Shown here one piece after another: positions 1 through 12,259 of a stretch of DNA of 64,000 nt. The DNA lies in contig JABVCE010000035.1 of NCBI GenBank assembly GCA_014905635.1, forward strand, positions 124,001 to 188,000. Direction: 5' to 3'. The translations under genes were made by a program, and so were the position numbers. The notes beneath the pieces are model-generated. The model searched no databases and was not told the origin of the DNA. It worked only from the letters and a program-made list of their open reading frames with translations. The number at the start of each line of letters is the position of its first letter. The first letter of the stretch is position 1. Origin of the DNA: Scenedesmus sp. PABB004 (lineage: Eukaryota).

Positions 1-343
1 CTCAGATCAAAGCCTCATCCAGTTTGTAGTAGTGAGCGGTGCGGTCCCACGTCGTCACGCGGGCTGTGCGAGAGCCCCGGGCGCCGCCGCCGCAACGCGC
101 GGCAAATAGAGCATCACATGCGTGCAACCTGGCGGTCGCCGCGGCGCGCCCGGCGCGGGCAGCAACCCCCGTGCGCGCGGCGGGCAGCGGCCGCGACCGC
201 CGCCCGTTTCGCCGCGCGCGCGGCACATACGTGAGCATGCACACCCTCCCCGCGCCGCGCCGCGCCGCCCCGCGCGGCCCACGCCGCGCCGCGCGCGGGG
301 CCGCTGGCCCCGCGGCGGCCGGCGCGTCTGCTCGCGTGCTGGC

Positions 344-3300
344 TCAGGGCACGATCTGCACGGAGAGCGTCGTCGTGCCGAGGTACAGCGGGTAGCCAGC
401 GAGCGTCGCCTGCGGGCGGCCAACGAGCGCGGCCGGGCGGCGCGGGCGCGTGAGCGTGGGCGGGCGGGGCGGCGCACGCCTGGCGTGGACGCGTGCGCGC
501 CGCGCGGCGGCGGCGGCGCAGCCCCGCGCGCGTGCGCGCGCGGCGGTGTGCAGGTGCGCCCACCTGGTTGCACGTGGTGTAGATGCTGGCGTCGAGCAGC
601 GACTGCGTGCAGCACGCGACGCTGATGCGGTCGCTGCCCGCCACGTTCGTCGGATACGCAAAGTTGGTCGTGTACGGGTACGTCCCGCCGACCGGCGCGC
701 AGGACCCCCAGGCCGCGGGGTGCGCGCCTGCGGGGGCGCGGGCGCGCGGGCGCGCGGGCGCGCGCGGGCGCGTCAGCACCGCGCCGCGTCGGCGGCGCCG
801 GGGGGGTGTGGCCCTGCTGGAGGTTCCCTGGAGTCTACTTCTTTACTATCATCATTCTTCGAGTATTATCTAACAACACTCACCGGTGATGCGGAAGCAG
901 CAGATGACGTCCTGCTTGAGGTAGCCGTTGATGGAGAAGCCGCCCTTGCACGTCTCCGTCTGGCCGGCGATCGCGGGGTTGGGCGAGCAGTCCATGTACA
1001 CGCCTGGCGGGGGGTGAAGTTGGGCGGGCGCGGGGTGCGGCGCGGCGGGCGGGCGCGGGCACGGCGGGCGGGTCAGGGGGACGGCGGCGGGCAGGTGCGG
1101 GCGGCGGCGCGCCCCGCGCGGCGCGGCGCGGCGCGGCGCGGCGCGCACCCTCGGGGTAGGTCTGCCAGCTCGCTGGCGGCGGCGGGCTCGGAGGCGGGTT
1201 CGGCGGCGGCGGCCGAGGCGGCGGCGGCGGCGGCGGCGGCCGCGGCGGCGGCGGCGGCCGCGGGGGCGGCGGCGGCGGCCGCGGGGGCGGGGGCGGCGCC
1301 ACCGGGCCAGCGACGCCAGGCGGGCTGCGGGGCGCGGCGGCGCGGGCGCGTCAGCGCTCACTCGCAGCGCGGCGAGCGCCGGCGCGCGCTGCGCGCCAGA
1401 GCGTGAGCCGCGGCGCCGCGGCGCTCACTTCGGTGGCGGTGGCGACGGTGGCGGCGGCCGCGGCGGCGGGGGCGGCGGCCTCGGGGTGGCGGCGGCCTCG
1501 GGGGCGGCGGCGGCCGCGGCGGCGGCGGCGGCGGGCGGCGGCGGCGCGGGATTGCTCCACACAATCGCCTGCGGGCGGCGGCGGCGGCAGGCGGCAAGCG
1601 TCGGCGCGGGAGGGGCGTGGGCGCGCGGCGCGGCGCGTCGGCTCCAGCTCCCGCGCCCGCGCCCGCGCCCGCGCGCGTGCCCGCACACACCACGTCCGCC
1701 GTGCCCCACAGCCCGCCGGTCGTGCTGCCTATGACAAAGTCCGAGTTGAAGCAGGCGGCGTAGGTCTGGTTGGTCACAACGTCGGCCTTGCAGCACGCCG
1801 CGGAGAGCAGGTCGGTGCCGGCGCGCAGCGAGCCGAGGACCATCGTCGTGAGCGGCGTCTGGGGCGCGCAGAACTCCTGGCCCTGGTTGGGCCCCGCCGG
1901 CACGGTGTCGAGCACGCGCTGTGCGGCGGGCGGGCGGGCGGGCGGGCGGGCGGGGGCGTGGCGTGGTGAGGCGCCGAGCGGGGCGCGGCGGCCGCAGCTG
2001 CGGCGAGGGGCGCGCCGCGCGGCGCTCGCGCGCTGAGAGGCCGACTCACGAAGCAGCAGAACGTGTTGGGCGCGGCCACGCCGGCATCGAAGTAGCCGCC
2101 GTAGCAGCTCACGGGCAGGCCGCCGCGCTGCAGGCGCGGGTTGCACCAGAGCTGGAAGCCTTGGAAGCTTTGGGGGCTGCGCGGGGGGAGAGAGGGGGCC
2201 CGGGGCGGGGCAGGGCAGCTCAGGGCTGAAGCGCGTGCCGGCGCGCGGGCGCCTGCGCGCGTGCGCCGCGCGCGCGCGCGCCGGCGGCGGCCCTCACATC
2301 GGCGGCAGCGGCGGCGGCGGGCTCGGCGGCGGCGGCGGCGGCGGCGGCGGGCTCGGCGGCGGCGGCGGCGGGCTCGGTGGCGGGGGGAGCGCGACAAAGT
2401 CATACGTCCCGCCCGCGCCGGCGCCGGCGGCGCAGACGTTGGGCACGCCGAAGAAGGTCCGCGTCCCGATCTGGTCCTCGCCGCCGCGCAGCGCAAAGCC
2501 CTTGCCCTGGTAATAGATGAAGCCCCAGCAGGCGCCGTTGGTGTCGCACGCGTCGCGGCAGCTCGCCTCGTCGGTGCAGCCGGGCGCGTTCCACTCGACC
2601 GTCGTCTTGGCCTCCTCCACGAGCTTGGGGTTGGGCGACGTGCCGACCTCGCCCGTCGCGGGCAGGCTGCCCCAGTGGCTCATGCCGCAGCGCGCGTAGA
2701 TGTAGGCCGACTTGGTCTTGGCGCGCACGTCGCCGGCCTTGCTCGCGTCCGAAATGAGCATGCTCGGCGGGAGCTTGTAGAAGAGGCGCGAGGTCGCGGG
2801 GTCGGCCGCCACGCTCGCGGCGACCCAGGGCAGCAGCGCGCGCTTGCACGCGGCCGGCGCCGCGCCCGCCGCGGCCTCGTACTGCGCGATGCAGCAGGAG
2901 GAGTCGGGGCAGGTGCCGACGCACGCGGCGGGGCTCGCCGCGCCGGCGGGCATGATGGTGAAGACGACGTCGTTGATGCCCATGCGCGCGCCGGCGGGGT
3001 TTGGGAGCTGGTTGAACCGCGGCACGCATGCCTCGGGCCCGGCCGACTGCTTCGTGAACGTCAAGCCGGGGCTGATGTAGGTGTCGCCGATCGGGTGGTT
3101 GAACGCCGTGGAGGGGCAGGCCATGCACGTGGTGCCCTCGCCGGTGCTGTACGTCCCGCAGTCGCACTGCCCGCAGTCGGACACCGACGACGAGCCGGCC
3201 ACGGTGATGCCAAAGCCCGCCTTGCACACTGCGGGCACGCAGTGTGCACGCAGTGTGCACGCGCGGGCGCGGCGGCAGAATGGGGCGGCGACCGTGAGCG

Positions 3301-6049
3301 CGCGCGCGGCGGGCAGGCGTGGGCGCGCAGGCGCCAGGGGGGGGGGAGCAGGGCGGGCGCGCGGCGCGGCGGGCACTGGACGCACCGTCGCAGGCGGGGC
3401 TGCCCTCCGCGCTGGAGCTCTGCGTCGGCGGGCACTGGATGCAGCCCGGGTTGGCCGTCGTGTTGGCGTCGGCCGCGTCGCCGGGGCCGTACCAGCCGAC
3501 CGGGCACTTGGCCGCCGGCGGCAGCCCGCCGGGCGGCGCGCCGCCGGAGATGCCGCAGCCGGGCACGACCTTGCAGCTCGTTATGTCGGACTGCTTGCTG
3601 CCGTCGCCGGGGGCGTAGTCGGTCGTGCGGCAGGTCCCGCACGGCGCGCACGGCTCCATGGAGTCCTGGGTCGCGTAGAAGCCGTCAGGGCACTGGTTGG
3701 CGCCCTCGCTCGTGTAGCCAAAGCCGGCCTTGTTCTTGCACGCGGTGTAGCTCGTGGAGCCCGCCGGCGACACGAGGTTGGTCGAGCAGGCCTGCGCGCG
3801 TGCGGGCGCGGCGCGGGCGGCGCGGCGCGGGCGGCGCGGCGTGGGCTGGGCGCCGGCGCGTGGGGGCGGCGCCCGCCGGGCGCGCGCGGCCCGGGCGCGG
3901 CGCGGCGCGGCGCGGCGCGCCAGTCAGCGGACCTTGCAGGGCGACACGACGAGGCCAAAGGTCTCCGCCGCGACGCCGTAGGTGTTGGCGGGGCAGGGAA
4001 TGACCGCCTTGAACTTTGTGAAGTCGGCGGTGTCAAACGTGAGGCCCCAGCCAGCCTTGATGTCTGCGGGTGAGCGGCGCGGCGCCGCGCGGCGCGCGTG
4101 CGGCGTGAGCGCGGCGCGAGGCGGGGGGGGGGGGGGGGGGGGGGCCACAGCGGGCCACAGCGGCGGCGGGCGGCGCGGGCCACAGCGGGGGCCACAGCGG
4201 CGGCGGGCGGGCGCGGGCGGGCGCGGGCCACAGCGCGGCGCAGCGCTCACAGCAGGATGCGGAGCTCGACGCGACCTTGCTGCCCGCGGGCGCGTTGGGC
4301 ATCTCGTCGTCGTCGACCGCCCGGCTCAGCACGCCGTCGCCGCACGGCGTGCACACGTCGGTGCCGTCGAGGGCCGCATTGGCGGTCGTGACCTGCGACG
4401 CGGTCTTCCAGCCGGCGCGGTAGAACCCGGGCGTGGTCGTGCCGGTCGGCGTGGTCGGGCAGAGCTTGAGCACGCCGCTGGTGCCGGCGAGGGGCTTGAC
4501 GTAGTACCCAGGCGGCACGAGGCACTCGTCCGCCGACGCCGCGCCCGGCTTGAGCGTCGTCGCGCCGCCGCGGCAGGGCACGCACGCGAGCGCGGGCGTC
4601 GCGCCGTCGTAGTAGAAGCCGACCGGGCACGGCTCCGCCGGCGGCGCGCTGCCGTCGGCCTGCGGCGTGAGCGGGCCCGTCGGCTCCACGCCGGGCACCG
4701 CGCTGACCAGCTTGAAGCCGGGCAGCAGCCCTGCGGGGGGGGGGGGGGGGGGGGCGGGCGGGCGCGGTGCGGCCGCCGCGTCGGCGAAGCGCGGCCGGCG
4801 CGGCAGCGCGTCGCGCCGCGCCCCCGCCCCCACCCCCGCCGCTGCGGCGCACGCGCGCGCGCGCTCGCCGCCGCCGCTCACTGGAGCACTGCCCCGGCGT
4901 CGTCGAGCCCGTGCCGGTGGTCGTCCAGCCGGCCGGGCAGGAGAGGCAGTTGATGGCGAGCCTGCTGTCGGTGCGCACATAGTCTGCGCGGTAGAGGCCC
5001 TTGGGGCACTCCCGGACGACGTTGAGCTCCCAGAAGCGTCCCGGCGGCACCTGGCACACGTCGTTCTTGTCGGCGCGTGGCCCCGCGTAGCCGGCCGGCG
5101 CGCCCAGCCCCGACTGGCAGGGCAGGCAGGCCTGGAGGCGGTTGAGGTTGGGCGCGTAGGTGCTGCCGACGCACGCCCGCGCGGCGCCGCCGGGCAAGGT
5201 GGGCAGCACGTAGCCGGCCTGGGCCACTGCGGGGCGCGCGCCGCGGCGGCGCCGGGGTGGGCGCGGCGCGGCGCGGCGCCAGGCGCGGAGCGCCCGCGCC
5301 CGCGCCCGCGCTGCCGGGGCCTCGCGGCGTAGCGGGGCGCACCGCAGTCGGTCGCGGAGCGCGCGCGGTCCGACGACGTCGTCAGCCCCGCCGTGCCGGA
5401 CGGGTTGCACTCGGTGCGCGTGCCGAGGTCGTCGGTCGGGCGGCGCGCCGTCTTGCTGCCGCCGGGGCAGAACGAGCCCGTCGGGCAGGACTGGCAGGAG
5501 GGGGGGCTGCCGCTGACAGTGACCTGATAGGTCCCGGGCTGGCACACTGCGGGCGCGCGGCGCGGCGCGTGAGCGCGCGAGCGCGCGGGCGCGGGGGCAC
5601 GCCCGCCGCGCGCCCAGCGGCGCTGCGCGCGTCCAGCGGCGCCGCCGCGCGCGCGGCCGGCGAGGCGGGGCTCACCGCACTGCACGATCGAGCGGCCGTC
5701 GCTGCCGCGCACGGGCGCGTAGCCTCGCAGGCAGCGCAGGCACACGTAGGTCTCCCGGCTGTCGAGGATGCGCGTCGTGCAGCTGCGGCGCGAGGGGCCG
5801 GCGGCGGCCACACGTCAGCCCCGCGCGGCGCCAGCAGCGCAGCGCGCGCCGCCGCCGCGGGCCAGCGCCGCGGCGCGCGCACCGTCGTGCCGTGCAGCCC
5901 GGGATCTGCGCCGGGCAGGACACACCGGCCTGGTGCAGCCTGCGCCCCGGCGCCGAGAGGTCTGCCGAGCTCAGCGGCGGTGCCGCTGCCAGCGCCGCCG
6001 GCAGCGCCAGCAGCACCAGCAGCGGCAGCGCCGCCGCTCGCCAGCCCAT
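344..6049 (-). CDS. Large secreted Cys-rich / Pro-rich (chimeric HRGP-like) extracellular protein, ~15 exons; mastigoneme/cell-wall-like architecture
   Basis: ATG at 6049 in a gccaccATGG context. Signal peptide MGWRAAALPLLVLLALPAALAAA. Many CxxCPxG(T/F)Y repeats (CQSCPTGSFCPGG, CPKGLY, CPVGFY, CPANTYG, CPDGFY). A PAN-like CRDACDTNGACWGF segment and three poly-Pro (SP/RP) linkers. 14 GT-AG introns join in frame. Last exon ATLAGYPLYLGTTTLSVQIVP ends at TGA 346-344. Confidence 0.8.
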
Positions 6050-6959
6050 GGTGGCGGAGAGTCTAGCGAGAGGCGTGGGGAGGCATGCTGCTGCCCCCGG
6101 CGGCCTCCAGCTCGACGGACGGACGGGCCCTGCAAGCTCGGGATCCCGCAAGCCCGGGCGCGCGGGCAGGCAAGTTGCGCGCCGGTCGCTGTCGCCCCGG
6201 GCGCTGGAACGGCCGGCGTAGGTTTGGGGGCGCGCGCTCGGGCGCCGCGGACGGCTGGCTGCGGCGGGCGGGCGGGCGCGAGGGCCTGGCGAGGTTCACG
6301 CAGTGCCGGCGGGTGCACCGCGCAGCGGGGAAGGCAATGGCAGCGGCGCGCGCCGGCTCACGCCGGCCCGGCGGAGGCGGGGCCCGCCGGGCGGCGCGGG
6401 GGCGACTAGGGCGGACCGTCTTTTCCGCTGCCCGGCCTGCCAACCTCGCGCGATGCCGGCACAGGTCGCGTCGGTCGCAGCGAGCCTGGGCCGCGTCTCT
6501 GCCCGAGGGGGGCCTGAACTGCACGAGGCCCGCGGGCGCGCTGCTGATGCAGGTGAGTCGTCTCGACATGCACCATAAAAGCTCCAGGAGCACCCACCAT
6601 CTCCAAGACAACCTCCTGGGCACTACGCCGCGCGCGCGCCCGCATCAGACCTGACTTGCGACGGCGTGCCTGCGCCGCTGCCGCGCGCCGCCGCCGCTCA
6701 GCCCCTGCACCCACCACCGCGCCAGCGCGCAGTCCCCCACATCTCTCTTCGGCCCGTGTGTTGGCCGCACCCCGATAGATCGCACGTGCCGCCGCCGGCC
6801 GCCGCAGCAGCAGCAGCGCGCCGCCGCGCCGCGCCGCGCCGCGCCGCCGCTCGCGTCGCCTCCAGCGGGCGCGTCCGCTGGCCGCCGATCCGGAGAGCAT
6901 CCAAGCGGCGCGGGCAGCAAACGCCACAGGCGAGAGCAGCAGCAGCAGCGGCGAGCGAG

Positions 6960-9307
6960 ATGGCGGCGTCGCGCTACGCGATGATCAGCATCCCCGAGGC
7001 CACCGCCATCGTGCTGGGCGAGACGCGCGTGCTGGACGCGGAGCGCGTGCCGCTCGGCGCCGCGCTCGGGCGCGTGCTCGCCGCGCCCGTGACGGCGGCC
7101 GACGCGCTGCCGCCGTTCCCCGCGTCGATCATGGTGCGGCGGCGGGCGCCGCGGCAACGCCGGCGAGGCGCGCCGACGGCCGGCCCCGCGCGGCGCCGAC
7201 CCCGCCGGGCGCCGACCCCGCCGGGCGCCGCTGTGCGCAGGACGGCTACGCGGTCGTCGCGGCCGACGGCGCGGGCGAGTTCCCGGTCGCGGGCGAGTGC
7301 CGCGCGGGCGCGACCGACCCCGCCTTCACGCTCACGCCCGGGCACGTGGCCTACATCACCACCGGTGCGGCGCCGCCGCGGCGGGCGGGGCCCGCGCGCC
7401 GCCGCACCTGCGGACTGACGGCGCCGCGCCGCGAGCGCGGCCGCAGGCGCGCCCGTGCCGCCGGGGGCCGACGCCGTGGTGAAGGTGGAGGACACCGAGC
7501 CGGGCGCGCCGGCAGGTGCGCGGGCGGCGGGGCGCTGCCGCGCGGCCAGCGCCGCCGCGCGGACCCGCGCGCCGCCCCTGCCCACCCGCCCGCCCGCCGT
7601 TCAGGCGACGGCCAGCCGCGCCGCGTCGTCATCCGGGCGGCGGCAAAGCCGGGGCAGCACATCCGCCCCGTCGGCTCCGACATTGAGTGAGCGCCCGCCG
7701 CCGGCGCGGCCCGGCTGCGCGGCGCCGGGCCGCGCCTCGCGGCCCTCCCCGTCGGCCCACCCCCCTCTCTCGCCCACGCCCTCCCCTCTCGCCCACGCCC
7801 GCTCGCCCTCGCACACACACGCGCGCGCGGCGCCGCGCCGCGCCAGGGCGGGCGCGGAGGTGCTTGCCGCGGGCGTGCGCGTCGGCGTCGCCGAGGTCGG
7901 CATCCTCGCGACCGTCGGCGCGGCGGCGCTCTCCGTGCGCCGCCGCCCGCGGCTCGCGGTGCTGTCGACGGGCGACGAGGTCGTCGCGCCCGACGCGCCC
8001 GGCCCGCTCGGCCCGGGCCAGATCCGGGACTGCAACCGCGCGATGCTGCTCGCCGCCGCCGCCGCGGGTGGCGCCGAGGCGCTGGACCTCGGCATCGCGC
8101 GCGACGCGGAGGGGCACCTCGAGGGCGCGGTGGCGCGCGCGCTGGACGCGGGCGTCGACGTGCTCGTCACCTCGGGTGCGGCGCGGCTGCACCCGCCGCC
8201 GCGCCCGCCGCCGCCGCACGCACCGCACGCCCGCGCCGCGCGCCCGCCGGCCCGCGCCCGCCGGCCCCGCGCCGCCGCCAACGCGGCGGCGACGCGCCGC
8301 GCCGCGCGCGCGCCGGCCCGCAGGCGCCGTGTCCATGGGCGACCGTGACCTGCTCAAGCCGCTGCTGGAGGCGCAGGGCAAGGTGCGCGGACCGCGGCGC
8401 GGGCGCCGCGGCGCCGCCGCGGCCCCGCTCCGCCGCGCGGGCGCCGCCGGCGGCGGCTCAGCGGCGCGCCTGCGCGGCGGCGGCTCAGCGGCGCGCCGGC
8501 GCGGCGGCGGCTGAGCGGCGCGCCTCCGCGGCGCCGCGCGGCGCGCCCGGCGTGCAGGTGCACTTTGGCCGCGTGCTCATGAAACCGGGCAAGCCGCTCA
8601 CCTTTGCGACGCTCGACGCGGCCGGCGGCCGCCAGCTGCTCGTGTTTGGCCTCCCGGGTGAGCCAGCCGCCCCCCCCCCCCCCCGCGGCCGCGCCCGGCC
8701 GGCCGGCGCGCGCCCCACTCCGCCGCGCGCCGCCGCCGCGCCCCACGCCGCCGCGCCGTGCGCGGCCGCCGTCGCGTCTTGCGCGCAGGCAACCCCGTGA
8801 GCAGCTTCGTGTGCTTCCACCTGGTCGTGCTGCCCGCGCTGCGCAAGATGGCGGGCTGGCGCGCCCCGCAGCTGCGCCGCGTGCAGGTCGCCACGACGAG
8901 CGCGCTGCGGCTCGACCCCGAGCGCCCCGAATACCACCGGGTGGTGCTGCACTACGGCAGGCGCGGCATGACGCGCGGCGCGCGGCTGGGCGCGCGGCGC
9001 GGGGGCTCGCCGCATGCACGCGACGCGCGACGCCCGCCCCGCCTGCGCCCCGCCCGCGCTCGCGCGCAGGCTGCCGGCGGCGTGCGGCGCGGCGCCCGGC
9101 GCGCTCGGCTGGTTCGCGGTGACCACGGGCAACCAGATCAGCAGCCGCCTGCTGTCGGCGCGCAGCGCCAACGCGCTGCTCGAGCTGCCGCGCGCGAGCG
9201 GGGAGCTGCCCACGGGCGCGACCGTGTCGGCGCTCCTGATCGACGACCTCGCCGCCAGCCCGCAGGAGCCGGGAGACGTGCCGGCGACGCCGGGGTTCGA
9301 GGGGTGA
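6960..9307 (+). CDS. CNX1E: Molybdopterin molybdenumtransferase (MoeA / gephyrin E-domain), stand-alone E domain, 9 exons
   Basis: Spliced motifs [108 protein letters not shown]. Confidence 0.95.
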
Positions 9308-9585
9308 GGAGGCTTGGCCTTGCAGGCAAAGATTTGTCATGCGCCGGCTTCGACGAGCAAAGCCGCACGACGCCCGCCGCCGCCGCTCAAAGCCCGCCGC
9401 GCGCCATGCCGTCGACCATCGCGCCCGCCTTGTAGCCCGACCGGTTGTCGCGGCGCACGAGCTGCACGTTGTGCCCCTGCTCCAGGCACGTGACCGCGGC
9501 GTCGACCTTCTGGCGCACGCTCTCGCGCGTCATCTGCGGTCAGCGACCCCAGCGACGGTTGGGTGTTGTCCTAAACAACCGCACC

Positions 9586-9627
9586 ATGCCGTCGCGCCTC
9601 GGCGTGGGCCTCCTGGTGGCCTGCGCA

Positions 9628-9658
<31 letters not shown>

Positions 9659-10755
9659 CGCCTCCAGAGCCAGGCGCCGCCCGCGGCCTTGCCAAGGCCG
9701 CGCTGATCGTCGTCGACGTGCAGGTGCGAGCCCCGAGGCGCCGCCACGCTCCAGCGCCGCGCGCTCACCCGCGCACCGCCGCGGCGCGCCGCGCGCTCAC
9801 CCGCGCCGCCGCCGCGCGCGCGCCGCCGCGGCACAGGCGTGCTTCCTGCCCGGCGGCGCGCTGCCGGTGGGCGTGGACGCCGGCGCGCTCGTCGGCCGCA
9901 TCAACGCGCTCATCGTCGCCGGCGGGTTTGACATCGTGATCTTCACGCAAGACTGGCACCCGCGGGGACACATTTCGTTCGCGAGCACGCACGACGGCAA
10001 GCGCCCGCTTGACGTGGTGGCGCTGGAGTACGTCGACGGCGCCGGCGGCGAGGCCGAGCTCTGCGCCCCCGCCGGCGGCGCCGACGCGGGCCTCTTCCCC
10101 GGCCACACGGCGGCGTGCGGCGCTGGGGCCGGCGGCGCGCCGCGGCGCGCCGTGCGCCAGGTGCTGTGGCCGGAGCACTGCGAGGCTGGGACCCCCGGCG
10201 CGGCGCTGCACCCCGGCCTCCTGGTCAAGCCGGAGCACCTGCTCGTGCGCAAGGTGCGCCCGCGCGCTGCGCCGGCCAGCCATGCTGGCGCGGGCGCCGC
10301 AGCTGTCGCAGGAGCGGAGCTCAGCGCCGCGCGCGGCCGCCGCCCGCCCCGCGCAGGGCACGCAACCCCACGTCGACGCGTACTCGCCCTTCCACGACGC
10401 CGCGGCCGGGCCACGGACCGCGTCGGGCCTCGCGCGCGAGCTGCGCGCGCGCGGCGTGGGCCGCGTCGCGGTCGTGGGCCTCGCGACCGATTTCTGCGTC
10501 GCGACGACCGCGCTCGACGCGGCGCGCGAGGGCTTCGACACCTCGGTCGTGCTGGATGCCACAGCACCCGTCACGGCCGCCGGCGGGGCCGACGCGGTGC
10601 GCCGGCTGCGCGCCGCCGGCGTGGCGGTCGTGCCGAGCGTGCGCGAGGCGCTCGCCGCCGCCGGCGGCCGCGCCAGCGCAGCAGCGCCGGCCGGCGGCGG
10701 CCGCGGCAGCGCGGGCGGCACGCAGCGGCACGTCGAGGCGCCTGTGCGCGACTGA
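9586..10755 (+). CDS. pncA: Nicotinamidase/pyrazinamidase (isochorismatase family) with an N-terminal hydrophobic leader, 3 exons
   Basis: ALIVVDVQ|ACFLPGGAL, TQDWHP, SFASTH, LWPEHC, VRK|G...DAYSPF, VVGLATDFCV. The Asp-Lys-Cys triad and the metal ligands are present. Confidence 0.9.
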
Positions 10756-11458
10756 CCAGGCGGCTGGGCTCGCTGTTCGGTGCGCGGGGAGGAGGGGCGT
10801 GTCGTAACAGGCCGCGCGCGCGCGAGCGCGACACCCGGCGGCGCAAACCAGTGCAGCGCGCAGACCGATGACCCCCGACGGCGGCGCCACGGTGCGCTTG
10901 CAGCACCGGACCCGCGCGGCGCTTGTGCAGCGCCGCGGGGCGTGGCGCGCACGCTGCGGCAGCGACAGGGGCGCGCGCCCGTCAGGCACCGCCGACCGCT
11001 CGGGCAAAGCTCGCGTCGGCGTTGCGCGCGCGCCGCGGGGTTCAGGGCCGCGCCCGCCGCCGCACCACACACTCGGACCCCAGCGCGGCCTTGCTGGCAG
11101 GCAGCGAGCGGACGCCGCGTGGACGTCCGCACTCCAGAAATAGCAGTGAGGGAGCAATCACGTTGATTCGCTGCTGCTGATGCTGCTGCTAGCTGAACCC
11201 AAGCACCCGCACCACCACCGAGCCAGCGCTAGCAGTCTAGGGAGACAGCCGCGCCCGCGGCAACGGCGACAAAAATCGAGTGCGCACGTGCGCCGCAGCC
11301 ACCGCCGCCGCGGGCGTGGTGGGGGGTGCGCGGGCGCGCGGGGGCGGCCCGCCTGGACTTGCCACGCCGCACCGCAAAAAGCAAAGGGCCCTGCCTGCCT
11401 ACCCCCTGCTCCGCCCCGCCGCCCGCACAGGCGGCGCTGCGTGGCGCTGACGCCGCCG

Positions 11459-12228
11459 TCAGTCTGTGTCCATTGGCTGGCTGCCGCCCGCCAGGCCCAC
11501 CAGGCCCGCCGCGGGCTGCTTGCGCTGCCCCAGCGGCGAGGGCTGGTAGCTGCCGCCGCCGCTGCCTGCCGCCTCGGCCGCGGCCGCCGCCAGCGCGCCC
11601 GCCGGCGCTGACATCTGCGCGCGCCGCGGCGGCGCGGGCCGTGAGTTGGCGCGGAGCCGGCGCCGCGCGAGCAGGGCGTCTCATGCGCGCGCGTGCGCGC
11701 GCGGCCCGCGCGCCGCCGCACGCTCGCGCACCTGGCTGTGGAGCACCTGCGGGCAGCTGTTGTTGTGCGCGCCGTCGGCGCTGCCCAGGCACGAGGGCGC
11801 GGGCGCCATGTTGCCAGACGACGCATGGGAGCGCGCCTCGGTGAGCGAACCGAAGCAGTGCACCGCCACCTCGCTCTGGCGGGCGCGCACAGGGCCGCGG
11901 CGGCAGCGGTGGCGGCGGCGGCGGGGGCCGGCGGCGTCAGCACGGGGGCGGCCGCTCGCGCGCGGCCGCGGCCGCAGGCCGGGCCGGCGCGCGCGCGCGC
12001 CGCACCTGCGTCTGCGCGCGGCCACGCAGGTGCGGCCCCGCCGCGGGGCGCATGTGCTTGAGCAGCCAGGGGTGCGCGAGCAGCTCCGCGAGCGACGCGC
12101 GCGCCTCGGGGTCGCGCACGAGCGCGGCGCGGATGAAGTCCGCCGCGCCCTCGCTCAGCGAGGCGGGGTAGGCAACCTCCTGCGTCTTGATTTTGTACAG
12201 CGTCTCCTGCGGCGTGCGCTGCACAGCC

Positions 12229-12259
<31 letters not shown>

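Noticed and set aside
2..244. ORF ending VTTWDRTAHYYKLDEALI at the window edge
   Set aside because: The wall-protein gene already stops at 344, and no splice context or motif supports a separate gene.
6400..6660. Lower-GC, coding-looking stretch with a CAG|GTGAGT donor and a CATAAAA box between divergent genes
   Set aside because: No recognisable protein in any frame. More likely promoter or UTR sequence, and not supportable without transcripts.
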